Positions 61,167 to 64,000 of a stretch of DNA of 64,000 nt are shown here, in pieces (the first letter of the stretch is position 1; every line of letters begins with the position of its first letter). A program made the translations under genes and the position numbers. The notes under the pieces were generated by a model. It had not been told where the DNA came from and ran no database searches. It saw only the letters and a program-made list of their open reading frames with translations. The stretch lies in contig OZ336903.1 of the NCBI GenBank assembly GCA_965287045.1, positions 496,001 through 560,000 of the forward strand, written 5' to 3'. Source of the DNA: Carcharhinus amblyrhynchos. Lineage: Eukaryota.

Positions 61167-61421
61167 CGTCCCGACTGTCGGTTACTGCGATCAGACTTGA
61201 CGATTCACCGAGTTTTGTACACCGGTACCGCGCTGTCCTTCCAACACTTTCTAAAACACCGAACGCTGCAGGAATTAATTCTTTGTTCAGAAAATAATAT
61301 TTCCTCCCATCTGGTTAATTGATGCTCCCATGTGTGAAATGTAAATTGCCGTTTGATAAAAGATACCAATGACAGTTCTATCCACCTCCTTCCCCTGTGC
61401 GGCTAATGAGGCCTACATTTT

Positions 61422-61439
61422 TGATAAGGAAGTGAGTCA
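61422..61439 (-). promoter_or_regulatory. Candidate GATA/ETS/AP-1 cluster upstream of copy B
   Basis: TGATAA-GGAAGT-GAGTCA at the mirrored position. Confidence 0.4.
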
Positions 61440-63669
61440 CTAACCCAGCATTGGATCATCAAATCATCATATCTTACAGCACAGACACAGGCGAGTGAAA
61501 GAATGCATATGGAAAATGTTTGTAAATCATATTCGGCCTACACTGGATTAGATACATTTTTTGCACTCTTTTCCCACTTATTTCAAAGGCCAATTTCCGA
61601 GGAACAGTTGAAGGCCGTGGAGAGGATAAGAGTTAAAATTCCCAGGTTAAATCCAGGGGAAATGGACTGCTGTGATGTGGAGAAAATGGATAAATTTCAT
61701 GTCAGATCCAATCACTTTCCTCAAGAAATCTGTGAGTGAGTGTTCTCACCAACAAGTCCAATCCAATCGGCTGTTTAAGAATCCTATGGAGCCCGAATAC
61801 AGCCTGAATTCACAACCTGATTTTCACATCTTCACAAGCGAAAAGTGAAGAGATTTCACTGCAGCAGCAACTCAAGCAAGAAGTTCAAATCTGTAACATC
61901 TGGATTTTCTTTCCCGGGTGAAAACAGACCTTTTGCTCCTTGCTCTGAGAACAACCTCCAAAGTTTTTACTGTCTTCTATTTGGAGAACAATATTCTCGA
62001 AAGACAGAAATCCCAATTTATGAATGTTTTTAATATGTAACATCTCTATGCGGAAATCGTTGATTAAATGCTTCTGTTAAAAGACTGTTATTCTCTATTT
62101 GAACTTAATTACTTTTTGAACATACTTTAGAAGCACCATTACATATCTGAGCGATTTTGCTGCCTTCGCCCAGTTTAGAGTGACAGAGTTCGGCGGGACT
62201 GTGCCGCGCAGAAATACTTCTTATCTGCTGGACAAATGTAATTTTATTTTCATGATCAACTTGACAGTCATTTGAGTGAATGTATTTACAGAACCGCGTT
62301 TAGAGAAGGGAAACCCACAAACATATTTGCTCCATTCAGGAAGAAATGATTCCTGAGAAGCTGAGCAATTGGTATTGAGTTATACTCTGTGTCACCCCGA
62401 AGCAGGTCACTGTCTGCGCAGCCTCAGAACACTCGCTGCGCAGTTGCTGAACCGACAGGAAGCACCTGGCCTTGTGGTCAGGTCTCTGCTCGCATGTTAG
62501 TCGCTGCTACACTTTAATATTGACAGATTGCAATTGCACATTGGAACTTGTGTCTGGCAGTGCGCTGGGACATGTAAAACTTCAAGTACATTCATGAATT
62601 CACCAGCAGCATGTGGCAGAATGACATCTATAAATATCCCTACAGATAACGGGGGCTCCAGGAATAGTGTGTCGCTAAACGTTATTAAATTTCACTTGTG
62701 TTCAACAAATTTGAAATCAATGGTGTGAGATTAAACCGATTGCCTGGGCTGCATAAATCAATACGCCACACATAGACCTTTGACACGCTTAGACGCGGAG
62801 GGTCCACCATTCAGCTCCATATACCCCAGTGCTTCCCCCGTGAACACAGCAGACCGGGTGCACAAGATCACTTATAGCGTTGAGGTGAGAGCAGATAAGG
62901 TCTTGAGATAATGGGTACAGCTCCTCGTTTATTTCCGTAATATCTTGACAGTTTTTGGTCAGTTTCAATGTATTTCAGTTCTCAAAAATGTATCCAATCT
63001 ATGAAATGATAAACTACAAACACGGAGTGATTTCCATGTGAGTCATTTTGCGACGTTGGCATCCCTGACTTCCTTTATTACTGAGAGGGCGGCTTAAGCT
63101 CTGTCGTCAGTTTGTGATGCGACAAAGTCTTAAGCAGTTACTGGGTGCCATGGAAATTAAAGATTCAGATATTGATATATTATTCAGGATCGAGACTTAT
63201 TACGGGTTGGTTATTTCGTAAATGCTGCGGGTATCGAGTCAGTTTATAGAGGTTGAATTAACAAGCATTGGTTGGTCTTTGATATCATTAGCATTCATCT
63301 TTCCATTTGGCAGCACCTGTCTGCAAAACATATTTTTCCAGCTAAAATTTCTTACGTCTCACATCTCCAAGCACAAATATATTGGTTATTTACTGTTTGT
63401 TTAATCAGTGTCCAAATACCTTGGTGAAGAATTTTATTTACCTGAGCATTAACTGAAATCCCAACATATCTGCATTAATTCCAATCCCAGAACTCACAGG
63501 TTAACACTCAGTGTTTGAACCATAGGATCCCTATTTTGCAGCAGGAGGTCATTCATCGTATTGAGTCTGAACTGACTCTCCAACAGAGCATCTTCCTCGT
63601 GCTTTATCCCCGTGACTCCGCGTTTTTTATGCTGCTAAAACCCTAATTTATGCATCTTGCAACAGTAAG

Positions 63670-64000
63670 GGTCATTCAGTGTCTGACGCCTGGCTGGAGT
63701 CACTCTGTCCTTTCAGATTCAGTGTCACAGACCTGGCTGGGTTCGATCTGTTATTTGAGATTCAGAGTCACAGACCAGTCTGGGTCAATTCTGTCCTTTA
63801 AGTTTCAGTGTCACAGCCCTGGCTGTGTTTGAACTATTATTTGAGATGCAAGTCTCATGCCGGGCAGGGTTCAGGTTGTTGTTTGAGATTCACTGTCATA
63901 GGCCTTTATTGGTTCACTCTGTCTTTAAATTCAGTGTTACAGACCTGGCTGAATAAACTGTGTCCTCTCAGTTTCAATGTTTCAGGCCGGGTTCTGTTCA
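63670..64000 (-). repeat. Mirror copy of the ~42 bp minisatellite
   Basis: TTCAGTGTCACAGACCTGG units matching 7432-7760. Confidence 0.9.

Larger units (their letters stand above)
37742..64000 (-). repeat. Right arm of large inverted segmental duplication (continues past window end)
   Basis: Mirrors introns, transposable elements, upstream region and satellite of the left arm. Confidence 0.95.

Overview
Eukaryotic (vertebrate) genomic DNA, very probably from a shark or other cartilaginous fish, judged from its HE1/V-SINE-like tRNA SINEs, CR1/HER1-like LINEs and Penelope-like fragments. It has one assembly gap (3075-3657). The window is dominated by a >=25 kb inverted duplication (about 7430-33120 mirrored at about 37740-64000, ~4.6 kb spacer, right arm runs off the window). 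Each arm holds an apparently intact 16-exon gene, arranged tail to tail, for a group-B SRCR type I membrane receptor of the CD163/WC1/SCART family. I assembled both by hand from GT-AG sites; every intron is phase 1. The layout is signal peptide, 7 SRCR domains (with a Cys-containing linker before SRCR7), Pro/Ser/Thr stalk, transmembrane helix and a 4-exon tyrosine-motif tail. Copy A (+, 11069-32690) gives 961 aa and copy B (-, 61166-38159) gives 964 aa. The paralogs differ most in three patches of the distal SRCR1, which lacks Cys2/Cys7 like WC1 domain a1 and shows an excess of amino-acid changes. Both carry a Glu inside the transmembrane helix and WC1-like YEEI and YDDAE motifs, and only copy A has the ITIM-like SEYPEV. 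This looks like a diversifying WC1-like immune receptor pair in a chondrichthyan. Identity values and counts are by-eye estimates, and family resemblances are recalled from memory, not searched.
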